64,000 bases of DNA from Dictyostelium discoideum (lineage: Eukaryota), in assembly GCA_000004695.1 (NCBI GenBank), contig CM000153.2, forward strand, positions 5,344,001 through 5,408,000. Reading direction: 5' to 3'. Below, piece after piece: positions 1-16,316 of this stretch. The notes below the pieces were generated by a model that worked only from the letters and a program-made list of their open reading frames with translations, had not been told where the DNA came from and did no database searches. Numbering within the stretch: position 1 is the first letter of the stretch; every line of letters begins with the position of its first letter. The translations under genes were made by a program, and so were the position numbers.

Positions 1-1932
1 TCATCGACAATGTTATTTAAATCATCATTTATTACATTTAGAAATTGTGAAATTTCATTCAATATTCAAAATAGTGGTGATTTTTTAACAGTGATCGATA
101 GTGGTGTCACTAAATTTATATCAACAAATATAACAAATAATCGAATTGAAATCAATGGTGGTTATTTAGTTAGAGTTAGTGATGGACCGATGGTTAGTTT
201 TATTAATAGTTTAATTAGTTCAACCAATTCAATAACGGGTTTAATTGGTTTATTTATCAATTCAATGGTATCATTTGATAGTAGTATTTTTATAAATAAT
301 TCAAATTCTTATCTTGGTGGTGTAACATATTTCGATAGAAGTTCAAGATATTATGAATTAACAAGATGTTCATTTCAATTGAATTCAGCTTCAGTTGGTG
401 GTGTATTTTATACTGAAAATTTTATTTTTAATTTTTATCAAATTTTAAAAAATAATAAATTTTATCCATATAATAATTTCACTTTAAATAAAGCAATCTA
501 TGGTGATTTTGTTGCATCATCACCAACTCTAATTAAAATTGAATTACCAGATTTAAATTCAAGTTTAACAAAACCAACAATTAAAATTCAAGATGATTAT
601 TTAAATTTAGTTTCTGATAAAATTTATTTTGCAAATATTATAATTACAACTGTTTATTTTAATAATTCAAATTCAAATGAAGAAGCACAACAACAACAAC
701 AACAACAAAATAAAACAAAATATGAACAAATTTTAATTAAAGGTGGTTTAGGTACATTTAATTATAATTTTAATGCACCAATAAGTGTTAAATATTTTGT
801 AATTAATGTAACGATTATAGATGATGTAAATGAATTTCTTTCAATTGAAATTATAAAAAATAAAACTATTTGTAAAGATTATCAATTATATAATAGTGAA
901 AATGGTGAATGTACAACATGTCAAGTTGGATTTTATAATTATCAAGGTTCATGTATAGCTTGTAATGAAAATTTAATTTGTATGGAAGGTGATATTCATT
1001 CAATTGATGGTTATTATTTAATTAATAAAATTAATTTTAATGATAATCAAACAAATGAAATTCATTATCAAGATAGTAGTGATGATGATAGTAGTGGTGA
1101 TAATGGTATTGGAAAATTAAAAGTTTATGAATGTCCAATTGGAATTTGTTTTGAAAATAATAAATGTCCAAATGATTTATATTATGGTATACTATGTTCA
1201 AGATGTATTAATGATACAGCGATTTGGGATAGAGATATTGATAGTTCATCAAATGGAAAGAATTTAATTAGATGTTGTAAAGAATTTAAACCAATTTTAT
1301 TAATACCTTTTATAATATTTTTAATTTTATTTGGACTTTTCATTTCATTATTTAAATATAATTTAACAACATTAATAATACCAATGATTTTAATGATTCA
1401 AATTAATTCAATAATTTTCATTTCATATCCTGCTATTTACATATTACCATTATCAAGATTCTCATTCGACTTTTTTAATGATATTTGTAGTTTTAGAATG
1501 GAATATATTTGGAAATCATTTTTATCAATGATATCAATGGTATTTGTATTTTTAATTGGTTGTTCAAATTTATCATTTATAACATTAACTACAATACCAT
1601 TTTTAAAATCATTTTCACAAAAAAGTAATATCATTAAAAATAATATCGAATTTCATTATAAATATTATTATGATAATTTTAATTTTAAAAGAAATTTAAA
1701 ATCAAAATTTAATATAATCATTTTATTATTTCAACCATTTTTATTCAATTTAATTTCAATGATAATTTCAAAAGAAATTAATTCAATTAATTATTTATTA
1801 ATTGATATTTCAATTTTATTTAAAAAATCATCATCACATTACTTTTTTTTTTGTTTTTATTTAATTTTATTAATTTTAATATTTTTAATTTTAATAATTT
1901 TAATTTTAAATTGTTTTTTTTATAAAATAATT

Positions 1933-1986
<54 letters not shown>

Positions 1987-2451
1987 TATAAGAAAAAATT
2001 TTATTTTATTTTTAAAATTATTTCAATTGGTTCAACTTATTTATTATTTAATAATAATAAAAGATCAATTGAATATAAAGATCAATTTAAATGGTGGGAT
2101 TTTATTATAATTTTAAAATCAATAATAATTATAATAATTTCAATTTCAATGTTATATAATTATAAATATTATCTTTTAGTATTATCAACTATTCAATTCA
2201 TTTTCTCTTATTTACAATTTGTAATTTATCCACAAAAGAAATCTTTTAATTATAAATTAAATAATTTATTAAATTTATTACAATTAATAATTTTAGTAAC
2301 TGTAGATTCAAATATTATTATTAAAAATTTATCACTTTATAATATTGGTTTATTTATCACAATCTTTACTTCATTTTCTTTAATTTTTTCTATAATTTAT
2401 TATAATTATTTTTTAAAAATTAATAAAAATAATAAAAATAAAAAAAATTAA
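1..2451 (+). CDS. 5'-partial gene for a large membrane protein: N-terminal parallel beta-helix / Chlamydia-Pmp-type repeat region, Cys-rich module, C-terminal multi-pass (~7-9 TM) domain. Stop at 2449-2451.
   Basis: The 813-aa ORF stays open to base 1, so the gene continues upstream of the window. It has a GGVFY motif, NS-x-x-N beta-helix-like repeats, and a CxxC-rich block (CTTCQVGFYNYQGSCIACNENLIC…CPIGICFENNKCP…CSRCINDT). The C-terminal ~350 aa is strongly hydrophobic and periodic. The protein is clearly paralogous to the downstream gene at 2878-8299. Confidence 0.6.
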
Positions 2452-2714
2452 TATTAAATAATTATTATTATTATTATTCATATAAAAAGTTTTTTTTTTT
2501 ATTTTTTTTTTTTTTTTTTCGTAGTTGTATTCTTTTTTTAATATAATAAATTTATTTTGATCAGAAAAAATTTATTAAATTAAAAAAAATTTTTTTTTTT
2601 TTTTTTTTAAAAAAAATAATACAATTTCGGAAAAAAAAAATGATTGGTTTGTGATGTGTGGAAATGAAAACCCAAATAATCAAGTGACGTGTTCAAAAAA
2701 AATTAAATGTTACT

Positions 2715-2746
<32 letters not shown>

Positions 2747-2877
2747 AAATTAAAAAAAAAAAAAAAAAAAAAATATCTTGTTGACCTTTTTTTCATTTTT
2801 TTTTTTTTTTTTTCGTAACGTCTTTTCACAAAAAAAAAAAATAAAAAAAATAAAAAAAAAAAAAATAATAATAAACG

Positions 2878-3673
2878 TTGACAACAATAACAACAATACA
2901 TGAAAGGAATAATACTGATTTAAAATTTCCAAAAATAAATTATATAATAAATTANNNNNNNNNNNNNNNNNNNNNNNNNNNNNNNNNNNNNNNNNNNNNN
3001 NNNNNNNNNNNNNNNNNNNNNNNNNNNNNNNNNNNNNNNNNNNNNNNNNNNNNNAATAATAATAATAATATAATAACAAAAGATATAATAGATTATAATT
3101 TTAATAATCATATTAAAAATGATAATAGTAAATTTAATAATATTTTAAAAAAATACCAAATTAATAATAATACTTTTGAAAATGGTGCAATATTAGATTT
3201 AAATGATATTGGTAGTAATATTTTATATAAAAATGAAGATAAAGAAAAAGATGAAGAAGAATATTATTATTATAAAGAAAATCAAAATATATATAATAAA
3301 ATTGGTAATGATTTAAATTATAATTTTCAATATAATGAATATATTGAAAATAATGATTTCGAAAACAATCAACCAATTGATAATTTTAATGTAGAAGGTA
3401 GTGGTGGTGGTAAACAAATAATTTCTTATTATTTATCAAAGAATGGAAATGATACAACAGGAAATGGTACAATTAATTCACCATATCTTAGTATATGTAA
3501 AATTGTAAACATAATAAATAGTTATAATGGAATTAATATATTTAAAGTTTTTATTGAAATTGGAAATTATGAAGCAGTTGAAGGTTGTACATTAAATATT
3601 ATAAATAATTCAGTAGTTAGCTTAATTTACTTTACAAAAAATGAAATAATAAATAATAATAATAATAATAATT

Positions 3674-3719
<46 letters not shown>

Positions 3720-6197
3720 TAATTATAATAATAATAAATCAAATCTTATAATACCAAATATAATAAATTTAAATATAAATTTAAAAAATTCAACATTTTT
3801 TTTAAATTATATTAATTTACATTATTTTAATGAAAAAGTTATAAATATAACATATGGTATAAATACATTTCAATTTTTAATTGAAAATAGTAATTTACAT
3901 TGTGTAAATCCAAAATTACCATATTGTAATATTTTATTTAATAAATTAAATCAAAGTTTAATCATTAATGATGATAATGAAGCAATGATTTTAATAAAAA
4001 ATTCAAATATTATTAAATTTGATTTTTATTTTAATATTATTGAAATGAATGTAGAGAATTCAAATTTATATTTTACAAGTTTATATTCATTAATTAGTCA
4101 AAATTTAACATTTTCAAAATCATATTTTAATAATACATTAATTTATTTGGTTGAATATCAAGCAATAAATGTTTCAATTGATCATTGTAAAATGATTTAT
4201 GATTTTTCAAATAATATTCAAGTGTTTTTAATGGGAACAGGGAATATATTAACAATTTCAAATTCACAAATGGAAAGTACAGGTGAATTCTTTTCATCCT
4301 ATATCACTTGTAAGAATGCAAAAGTTCAATTGATGAATGTACAATTTATAAATTGGTATTTACTTAGACCATTTATAAATCTTAGTTTAAATTCAACATT
4401 AATTATGGAGAATGTTTTTGCAAGGAAAATGTATATACCAGCATTTATTGAAATTGGTAATAGTGAACTTATAATTGATACATTGGAAATTAGTGGTAAT
4501 AAATTGGTACTAATAATTATTGAAGGTCCATCAGTGATTTCAATTAGTTATTTGACATTAAAATATCAATCAGAACAAGGTTCACCAATTATGATGAATT
4601 TTCCAGGTGGTGGATTTGGAATGAAAACTATAATCAATATCACTTCTTCAAATTTTATAAATATCGATGGTTTCACATTAAAAGATGCTCAATTAACTTT
4701 ATTTAACGTTTCAATGCATAGTGATAGTATAAATAGTTTATTTGCATTATCATCAAGTCAACTATTTTCAAGTAAAAGTACATTTAGTAGTAGTTTAATC
4801 GTTGGTAGTTATTTTTTATTTTCATTAGATTTCACATCACTAGTTGATTTAGATCGTTGTATTCTTACAAATTCATCATCACTTTTTCAAGCAAATTCAT
4901 TTTCAAATATTACAATTACAAATTCATTAATTGATTCAGTATTCTCAAGATCGGTTGCAATTGAAATTCAAGGCGGTTCATCATTTACAATGATAAATTC
5001 AATTATTAATAAAACTTATGTTGTTAGTCAAAGTTTTATATATAGTTCTTCAAATTCTGATATCATAATTCATAAATGTAATTTCTTACAATTTGTAATG
5101 GGTTTAAAACCATTGGGTAATTTTTTAAATAGTAATGTTTTCATTGATCATTTGTTATTATATCAATCATTTTTTCAAAATCAAATTTTCGTTGCAACTT
5201 CATCAATTATGTATATTAGTGATACAAAGTTATTTAATAATTCAATATATGGTAGTGAAATGTTTTTATTAAATAATCAATCTTATCTATTAATGAATAA
5301 TTCTTTAATTTATGGTAATTCAATTTCAGTTTGTTTTTCAAGTTCTCATTCATTGGCAAATATTCATAATGTTACATTTCAAAATAATTCAGGTATTTTC
5401 TTATATAGTGTTGATAGTAAAATTAGTTTATCATTATTAGAATTTTCAAAGAATCCAATTTCATCATTATATTATTTATTTTATTTTACAAATTCATCTG
5501 CAACCTTTCAACAATTAACAATCGATTCAAATTATTTTATGGGTAGTGTAATTGAAGCTCATTTCTCTGAAATTTTATTTACAAATTTAATATTTTCATT
5601 AAATCAAAATGTTGATAATTTATTAAAGGATAGAGAATCACCATCATTAGTTTTCACTCATTCAAATGTTAAAATTATAAATTCAACAATTAATTCAAAT
5701 TCACAATGGTCTTTAGATTTAATTTGGTCACAAAAATCAATTTTAATAATTAAAAATAGTTTATTCAATTCAAATTCAATACCATATAATGGTTATTTAA
5801 TTAGATTAGAAACTTGTCATCTTTCTTTAGATCATTGTTTAATATTTGGTACTCAATCAATTGAAGGTACAATTGGTTCATTTAATTCAATAATTAATGC
5901 TACAAATAATTTATTCTTACAAAATAATGCTCTTGAAATGGGTGGTTGTTTTTTTCTTTCAAATTCTCAAATTTTATCATTTTCAAATAATTCATTTTTA
6001 AATAATACTGCTTCAATTGGTGCTGCAATCTTTACAAATGGCACTTTAATTAATAATACTTTAATTATTAAATCAAATAAATTTTTAAATAATAATGCAT
6101 ATGAATATGGTGATAATATTGGTTCATGTAAGTTTTTTATTATTATTATTATTATTTTTTATTTTTCATTTTTAATTTAAAATATATATTAATCTAT

Positions 6198-6248
<51 letters not shown>

Positions 6249-8299
6249 AATAGATCCAACTTGGATTAGTGTTGAATATCCAGAAGATTTTGATTCAACA
6301 ATAAATTATATTAGATTATATGATAATTATTCAAATTTAGTTGCAGATAATTTTTATACAGCAAATATAATAATTTATGATTCAAGAGTTAATGAAAATA
6401 TAAGTTTAACAACATTTATTAGAGGTGGTAGTGGTGATTTTAATTATTCATTTAATGTATTTTCAATTTATGATTTTCAAATTTCAATTAATATTATTGC
6501 AGATGGATTTAATATTAATTATCTTAAATATAAAAGTCCACCAAAATGTTTAAATTTTCAAACTAGTACATTATCTGATGGTTGTATATTTTGTCCAATT
6601 AATCAAGCTGCAACACCTGAAAAAGGTGAATGTACAAAATGTGATACAAATAAATTGGTTTGTTTAAATAATGATGTTCATACATTACAAGATTATTTTA
6701 TGATTAATAATGATGTTTCAAAAGTTTATCAATGTCCATTTGGTTTATGTTCTGGTCAAAATAATTGTAATAGTAATTTATTTTTATTATCAAGTTTACA
6801 AAGTCCATTATGTTCAAGGTGTTTAAATGATTATAATAATGAAAATGATGATGAAAATCAATTTAAATATAATAATAATGAAAATAGTGGTAGTAGTGGT
6901 AATAGTAATAATAATGAAAATAGTAATAGTAATAGTGATAGTAATAGTAATAGTAATAGTAATAGTAATAGTAATAGTAATAGTAATAGTAATAGTAATA
7001 GTAATAGTAATAGTAATAGTAATAGTAATAGTAATGAAAATAATTATAATGGTGGTGATGATGATGATGATGAAAAAAATATTAATAATTATAAACCATC
7101 AAAATCAAAGAATGGATTATATTGTTGTAATAAATTTCAACCATTATTATTAATACCATTTATTTTTTGGATTTTATTTTTTGGATTATTTTTATCATTA
7201 TTTAAAAATGTTATAACTGGTACAATGATTGGTCAAATTATATTATTTTTACAATTAAATTCAATTGTATTTTATCCATTACCAAATATTTATGGTTTAC
7301 AATTATTTAGAATGTCAATTGATTATTTTGATCGATATTGTTTATTTAAATTAGATTATATTGAAAAGATTTCAATTTCATTAATCTCAATATTTTTAAT
7401 TTATTTAATTGGTATTTCAGATGTAACATCAAGATTAATTTTATCAATTTTAAAAAGATCTTTAAAATTAAAGAAACTGATTCCATTGGTAATTGAAAAA
7501 CAACTTCGAAAATTTGAATATTATAAAATGAATAGAATTAATACAAGATTAAAATCAAATTGGAATATTTATTTAATGTTAATTCAACCATTATTTCATT
7601 GTTTAATATCATTAATTGTACCAAAATCAATTGGTTCAACAACTTATTTATCAATTGATTTAACAATACTATTCATTTCAACACCAATTCAAATTGTTTT
7701 CTTTTTTTCAAGTATTGTAATTTTATTTTTATTAGGTATAATCATTCCATTGATTATATTTGTNNNNNNNNNNNNNNNNNNNNNNNNNNNNNNNNNNNNN
7801 NNNNNNNNNNNNNNNNNNNNNNNNNNNNNNNNNNNNNNNNNNNNNNNNNNNNNNNNNNNNNNNAAATCATTATAGAAAAGAATTTAGATGGTGGGATTTA
7901 ATATTTGTTTTTAAAACTATACTATTCACTTCACTATCTGTAACTTTATTGTATAATCCACCCGTTTATTTTTCAGCTTTAGTAATTTGTCAAATTGTTT
8001 ACTCTTATTCACAATTTGCATTCTCACCACAAAGAAAAGATCATATGTATAGAGTTGAAAATTTATTAAATCTATTTCAACTTTCAATATTAATCGTAAT
8101 TAATACTTCAATAATTAGAAATTTATCTTTTAATTTAATTGGTATTTTATTTACTATTGTAATTTTCTCTTGTTCTTTAATAACAATAATTTATAAATTA
8201 TTCTTTTATAAAAAATTAAAAACTATTAAAAATCATAGACTTTTAAATTTAATTATAAATGTTGATGATAATAAAAAAAAAACAAATAAAAATAAATAA
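2878..8299 (+). CDS. Tandem paralog of the upstream gene: Pmp-repeat (GGAI / FxxN) beta-helix ectodomain, Cys-rich module and multi-pass TM domain. Predicted exons 2878-6127 and 6254-8299, interrupted by two 100-N gaps; the true start codon is uncertain because of the gap at 2955-3054.
   Basis: An 1100-aa ORF carries Pmp-repeat motifs (IGAAIFTNGT, MGGCFFLSNS, NNSFLNNTA, SNKFLNNNA). A GTAAGT donor lies at 6128 and a poly-A…TAG acceptor at 6252-6253, with an in-frame junction. The downstream frame (PTWISVEYPEDF…CPFGLCSGQNNC…CSRCLNDY…LYCCNKFQPLLLIPFIFWILFFGLF) is colinear with the C-terminal half of gene 1-2451. The ORF after the second gap runs to a stop at 8297-8299. Confidence 0.55.
2955..3054. 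other. Assembly gap (100 N)
   Basis: Run of exactly 100 N characters. Confidence 0.99.
6935..7038 (+). repeat. (AGTAAT)n hexanucleotide microsatellite encoding an (SN)n tract within the CDS
   Basis: Perfect agtaat repeats, translated in frame as SNSNSN…. Confidence 0.9.
7764..7863. other. Assembly gap (100 N) inside gene
   Basis: Run of exactly 100 N characters. Confidence 0.99.
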
Positions 8300-8634
8300 A
8301 TAAATAAAAAAAAAAAAAACAATTATTTAAAAACAAATAAAATAAAATAAAATAAAATAAATATTTAAATAATAAAAAAAAAAAATTTATTTAAACTTTA
8401 TAATTAATTTTTAAAAAATAAACTATTAATAATGACAATGATTGTCACTCCATTGGCAATTTGATAAAACACAACTTAATTTACCTTTAATTGATTCACA
8501 AAACTCTTTAAAAGAAAAAAAAAAAAAAAAGTTAATAAAAGTTTTATATTAGTATTTAATTATTATAAAAAAAAAGGAAAAATAATTCTTTTAAAATTCT
8601 TACTCTTTAAACTTTCTTGTTCACCTTCAACTTT

Positions 8635-8822
8635 ATTACATGATTCATTTTCCCATTGACAACCATATTGTGAACTTTCATTACAAATTGATTCGGAAAG
8701 ATAAGAACAAACACTATTACCTTGGTATTCTTCAGTTACTTCAACTGCATTTTCAATTGCATCAAGAGCTGATTCTCTTCTAATTGTAACACAAGCAAAT
8801 TTATTATGACCTAAAGCTTTCC

Positions 8823-8859
<37 letters not shown>

Positions 8860-9073
8860 TTTTTAAATAATAAATAAAAAAGAAAAATTAGTATTGATGA
8901 TGATGGTGGTGATGACAAAGATAGAATGAAGATTTAATAGAATTAAATATTTACAAGCATGGTGGAGAATTTAATGCACAATAAAATGCATTTCTATTTG
9001 ATGAACAGCTTGCAGCATTTGTAATACCAACAAATAATAATACAGCAACTAATAAAGATACAATGAATTTCAT
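8635..9073 (-). CDS. Small secreted Cys-rich protein (~102 aa): signal peptide MKFIVSLLVAVLLFVGITNA, then CSY…SICNESSQYGCQWENES. Exons 9073-8955 and 8824-8635.
   Basis: The ATG on the minus strand lies at 9073-9071, followed by a hydrophobic signal peptide. A GTAAAT donor lies at 8954 and the acceptor AG at 8826-8825 after a poly-A tract, restoring the frame. The Cys spacing resembles a PSI-like CxxC…C-W motif. The stop codon TAA read at 8637-8635 sits at a line junction in my reading; see findings for a possible third exon. Confidence 0.4.
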
Positions 9074-9823
9074 TTTTTATGAATAACTTTGATTTAATAA
9101 TTCTACAATAAAAAAAAAAAAAAAAAAAAAACAGCAAAGAAAACAAAAAAAAAAAAAAGTAAAAAAAAAATAAAAAAAATAAAATTTTGGTTTTATCCCA
9201 CCAGGCTATGAGATATTTTTTGAAACCCACAAAAAAAAATTTTTAAAAATTGATCAATTTTTTTTCGGCTTCAAATAATTTTATTTTAAAAATAAAAATT
9301 TCGTGGTATTCAAAATTGAATTGAAATTTGATTATTTAAAAATTTTATGTAATGCTTAATCTTTTATTTTATTTTTATTTTCTTAATCTTTTATTTTATT
9401 TTTATTTTCTTTTATTTTTTTTTTTTCTTTTTTTTTATTTTTTTTTTAATTATTATTTTTTTCTTTTAAAACCTTTATCAACGAGCAAAATTGTCAATTC
9501 TAAATTAAATAATAATAATAAAAATGACAGAAGCAACAATGATTGCACTTAAACAAATAATGCAAATTTAAAATTAAAAAAAAAAAAAAATTTAGTTTTA
9601 AAAAAATAATGGTAATAATTTAGTAAAAACAACAATTAATTTTTCAAATCTTTGTTTTATTGTTTCTTATTGAGTAACATTTAATGATGATTGTGGTTTA
9701 TAATTTACAAAAAGTTTTTTTTTTTCTTTATTTTAATCTTATCATTATTTTTGAAATAAAAGTTTTATTATATTATATAATTGTTGTTTTTACTAAATTT
9801 TCTTTTTATATATAAATATTTGT

Positions 9824-10760
9824 TTATTTCTTTTCATCTTTTGAATTATCTTTATCTCTAAACTCTGGTTTTAATTCATATAAATGATGGTAAGGTCCTC
9901 TTTTGTTTAAGATACAAACTTTCTCTAAAATTGTCTTTAAATGATTCTTTGGTTGTTCTGTAAATGATTCCAATGTTTTAAGATCTAAATGTTTCTCTGC
10001 TCTAAATGCACTGAAGATAAGATCAAGAACTTCATCTTCTGGTAATTTTTCTTTTTTGTCTGTAGATTTCTTTTTCTTTATAGTTTTGATATAAAATGAG
10101 AATTAATAAAAATTTTTATTTATTTTTTTTAAAAAAAATAAAAAATAAAAAATAAAAAATAAAAATAAATAAATAAATAATACTTACTTGAGTAATACCA
10201 ACAGTACTAACTTTAACTTTATTTGCATCGAAAAGTGTTGGAGTGAATAGTTCGGATTCATCAATGACTTGAGTCATTCTAGTTTTAGTATTATATTTAG
10301 TATGTCTTGATTTCATTAGATCTCTATATTGTGGTGATTCAACATCAATCTTTATATCACATCTTAACCCTATATTACCTTCCAATGCTAATGCACCATC
10401 TTTATCCTCTGAAAATATTTTTAATGGTTGATTATCTAATGTATTTGCTGTTGTAATTAATTGAAATTCTTGTCCAACATCTGGTCCATATGATAATGAT
10501 ATCTATATAAAATAAATAAATAAATAATTAAATAAATAAAACTTTTATATATTTATATCTATACTATATATATATAAAGAAATAAAGAAATAAATTCTTA
10601 CATTGTCACCACCTTTTATATGAATTTGACCAATTTCACCTTGACCAATCTTTTGCCAACTTTCTGATAAAAACTTTGGTACTTTAATTAACCAAACTTG
10701 ATTATCTGCATTATCTGTATTAACTTCACCTACTAAAGCATCATTCTTTTCTTCGCTCAT
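9824..10760 (-). CDS. gtf2f2: General transcription factor IIF subunit 2 (TFIIF beta / RAP30). Three exons: 10760-10602, 10502-10188, 10075-9824; ~241 aa.
   Basis: The N-terminus NQVWLIKVPKFLSESWQKIGQGEIGQIHI matches RAP30 GVWLVKVPKYLSQQWAKASGRGEVGKLRI. The C-terminal winged helix LDLIFSAFRAEKHLDLKTLESFTEQPKNHLKTILEKVCILNKRGPYHHLYELKPEFR matches RAP30 LDMLFSAFEKHQYYNLKDLVDITKQP…KNTWELKPEYR. The two introns have GTAAGA and GTAAGT donors and poly-AT…AG acceptors, and the exon lengths (159, 315, 252 nt) keep the frame. Confidence 0.85.
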
Positions 10761-11377
10761 TATTTTCTATTTTAATATATATTTAAGTGTTTTTGTGGTG
10801 AAATTAAAATGAAAATAAAAATAAAAAAAAAAAATAAAAAAAAAAAATGAAAAAGTTGGGAATAAAAAAAAAATAAAAAAAATAAAAAATAAAAAAAAAA
10901 AATAAAAAAAATAAATTAAAAAAAAAAAATAATTACATTCAATTAAATTAGATTATTAAAAAGAAGATTATTTTATTTTTTTTTTATTTCAATTTTTTTA
11001 TTTATTTTTTTATATATTTTTTTTTTTTTTATTTTTGTTTTTTTTTAAAAAAAAAATAATTAATAATTTTTAAAAATATGGAGTTTATTATTTAATTTTT
11101 TTTTTTATACATAGATAATTAATTTAATAAAACCAATTAAATTTTATTTTTTATTTTTTTATAAATATATATAATACAATTAAATTAATTATATTTTTTT
11201 TTCTTTTTTTTTTTTTAATTAAATTAATTATTTATTTAATTAAAAAAAGTGGAAAGATTTTTTTTTTTTTTTTTGTTGGAAATTCGATTTCCAACAATTG
11301 TTGAAATTTTAAAATAAATATATACATATATATATAAATTGACATGAACCTTTTTGGAAAGAAAAAAAACTAATCAA

Positions 11378-13627
<2,250 letters not shown>

Positions 13628-13663
13628 TTTATTATTATTTAAATTTTAAAAAAATTTAAATTG

Positions 13664-13705
<42 letters not shown>

Positions 13706-14265
13706 TATTTAAATATTTTTTATTTATATAATTTACAAATGTAAAGATAGAATGAAGATAATTATTTTTATTTACAAATTTTACAATAATTTTAATTTAT
13801 AAAAAAAAAAAAAACAATAAAAAAAAATAAAAAAAAAGATATGTAATGTTGTTTGTGAAAAAAAAAAAGTTTAAAATAGATTTTTTGATTGAAAAAAAAA
13901 AAAAATTAATAAAAAATTTAATTAAATCTTTTGATATTGTAAATTTAACTTTAATTGGTGGAGTTTTTTTATTTTTATTTTTTTTTTTTTTTTTTATTTT
14001 TTTGAAATTTTATGAAAAAAAAAAAATAAAAAAAATAAAAAAAATAAAAAAAAATAAAGATATATATAATTGGTTGAAATTATGTGTTGAATTGTTTTTA
14101 TTTACAGATATATTGTAATTTTACAGTAATTAATTTTTTTTTTTTTTTTTTTTTTAATGATGAGAAAAAAGGAATTTAATTTTTTTATTTAATTTTTTTA
14201 TTTAATTTTATTTATTTTTTTATTTTTTTTTTTTTTTTTTGTTATTTTATTTTTAAAATTATTTT

Positions 14266-14301
<36 letters not shown>

Positions 14302-15560
14302 CAAAAATTTGATCACCCCCAATTTTTTTTTTTACCTTTATTATCAAAAAAAATATTGTTACTCATTCAATGTGGTTTCAAATATAAACACATTGTTTTG
14401 TGGTGGTGTGGGGTTATTAATATAATTTTTTAAAAAAAAAAAAAAATAATAAAAAAAAATAAAAATATTGGCCTCAACCAAATCACAAATAGAATTGAGT
14501 GTTTGTTTTCAAATTATAGTGTGAACCTTTTATGAAAATAAATTAAAATTGTTTTTATCACCACTAAATCCTTGAATCAAAAAAAAAAAGATTAAGTTAT
14601 TTTTAGCATATCAAAAAAAAAAAAAAAAAAAAAAAATTATAAAAATAAATAAATTAAAAAAAATAAAAATAATAAAAAAAGATATAAAAAGAAAAAAAAA
14701 AAAATTAAAATTATTAATATGGAATTACCATTTTTGTTGCAAAGCTTTATTTTGAAAATATTTTAAAAAAAAAAAAAAAAAAAATTATATGATGATATTT
14801 TTAGTAAGATTAATTGAGATTTTTTTTTTTTTAAAAAATATCTATATTTTTTTTTTAAAAGATCCAATGAATTGAAAATTTTAAATATTTTTTTTATTAA
14901 AAAAAAAAGATATTAAAGTGGATTTTTAAATTATCAAATAACTAAATAGGGTAAAATCTTTAAAAAATAATCTCAATTCAGTGTTTTTTTTTTTTTTTTT
15001 TTGCCATTTAAATTAAAATAACAATTGACTAGATTTTTATACCAATTATTTAATTTTAAATCTATCCAATTGATTTTTTTTTTAATTAAGGCTAAAAATT
15101 TAAAATTATCCATTTTTTTTTTTTTTTTTTTTTCCTTTTTAAATATAGGCTTTAAAAAATTGTTAAAATAATAAATAAAAAAAATAAAAAAAATAAAAAT
15201 AAAAAAAATAAAAAAAATAAAAAATTTGATATACAATTAAATAACAAAAAACTTGTTTTTTTGAACTTAATATCTATTTTTATATAAAAAAATAAATAAA
15301 TAATTATTAAAAAGAAAATGTGGTTTTGAAAAAAAAAAAAAAATAAAAAAAAAAAATAGTCCAAATCAGGTGGTTTGGATAATTTTATTTTTTTTATTTT
15401 TTTTTTATTTTTTTTTTATTTTTTTAATAAAAAAATAAGAAAATGATTTTTTTTTATTTTTTTTTATTTTTTATTTTTTTTTTATACATAAAATTTTTTA
15501 TATTTTTTTTCTCAACAAATAATAAAAAACAAATAAAAAAAAAAATTAAAAATTAAAGAA

Positions 15561-16251
15561 ATGATATTATTATATAATAATCATTTTGATGAAAACGAGA
15601 TAGAAAAAGGAATGAAAGAAATCAATAATAATAATAATATTAATATTAATAATAATATAAATAATAATAATAAATCACAAAATATAAAAAATGAAATGTA
15701 TACAATTAAAAAAAAAGAAATTATTGATATTAAATTAATAAATGATGATAATAATAACAATAATAATAATAATAGTAATTGTAGTTGTAGTAAAGAATCA
15801 TCAACTTCTTCAACATCAATTATATCACTGTCATCATTTTTTTCAAGTATAAATAATATTTATGATGAAGATGAAATTGAAAGAGCAATTGGTTTAAAAA
15901 AAAGTAATAAAATTTATAATAATACAATTATTTATAGATCAACAAGTCAACATAAAAATTTAATACCATTATATGAACATTATTATAAAGTTTCAAAATC
16001 AACTAAATTAATTTTTACAACAGATCAATTCGACCCAAAAGTTGATATAGATAATGATAATTTAATTGTATTTGCCAAAGGATTAGAACCTTTAATTCAA
16101 GAGAATTTTGAATTTTATTGTTCAGAATTAATTCATCTCTTTGAAATTTTAAAAAAACATAATGCAAATAATATGAAAATTTTATTATTATCATTAAATT
16201 CACAATATAATTCATTTTTAAATTCATCATTAATTGGTTTAATTAAATATT

Positions 16252-16316
<65 letters not shown>

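Noticed and set aside
2750-3376. Minus-strand ORFs 2750-3079, 2920-3111, 3161-3376 overlapping the 5' end of the Pmp-repeat gene
   Set aside because: They span the N-gap and poly-A/T sequence, and their translations are F/Y/I homopolymers. They are antisense artefacts.
8994-9552. ORFs 8994-9230 (-) and 9352-9552 (+), F/L-rich
   Set aside because: Both are read through poly-A/T promoter DNA. The real gene here is the MKFIVSLL… frame, which is too short to appear in the track.
13846-15364. ORFs 13846-14118, 14973-15236, 15152-15364
   Set aside because: Lys/Phe-only translations of A/T homopolymer intergenic DNA; no coding signal.
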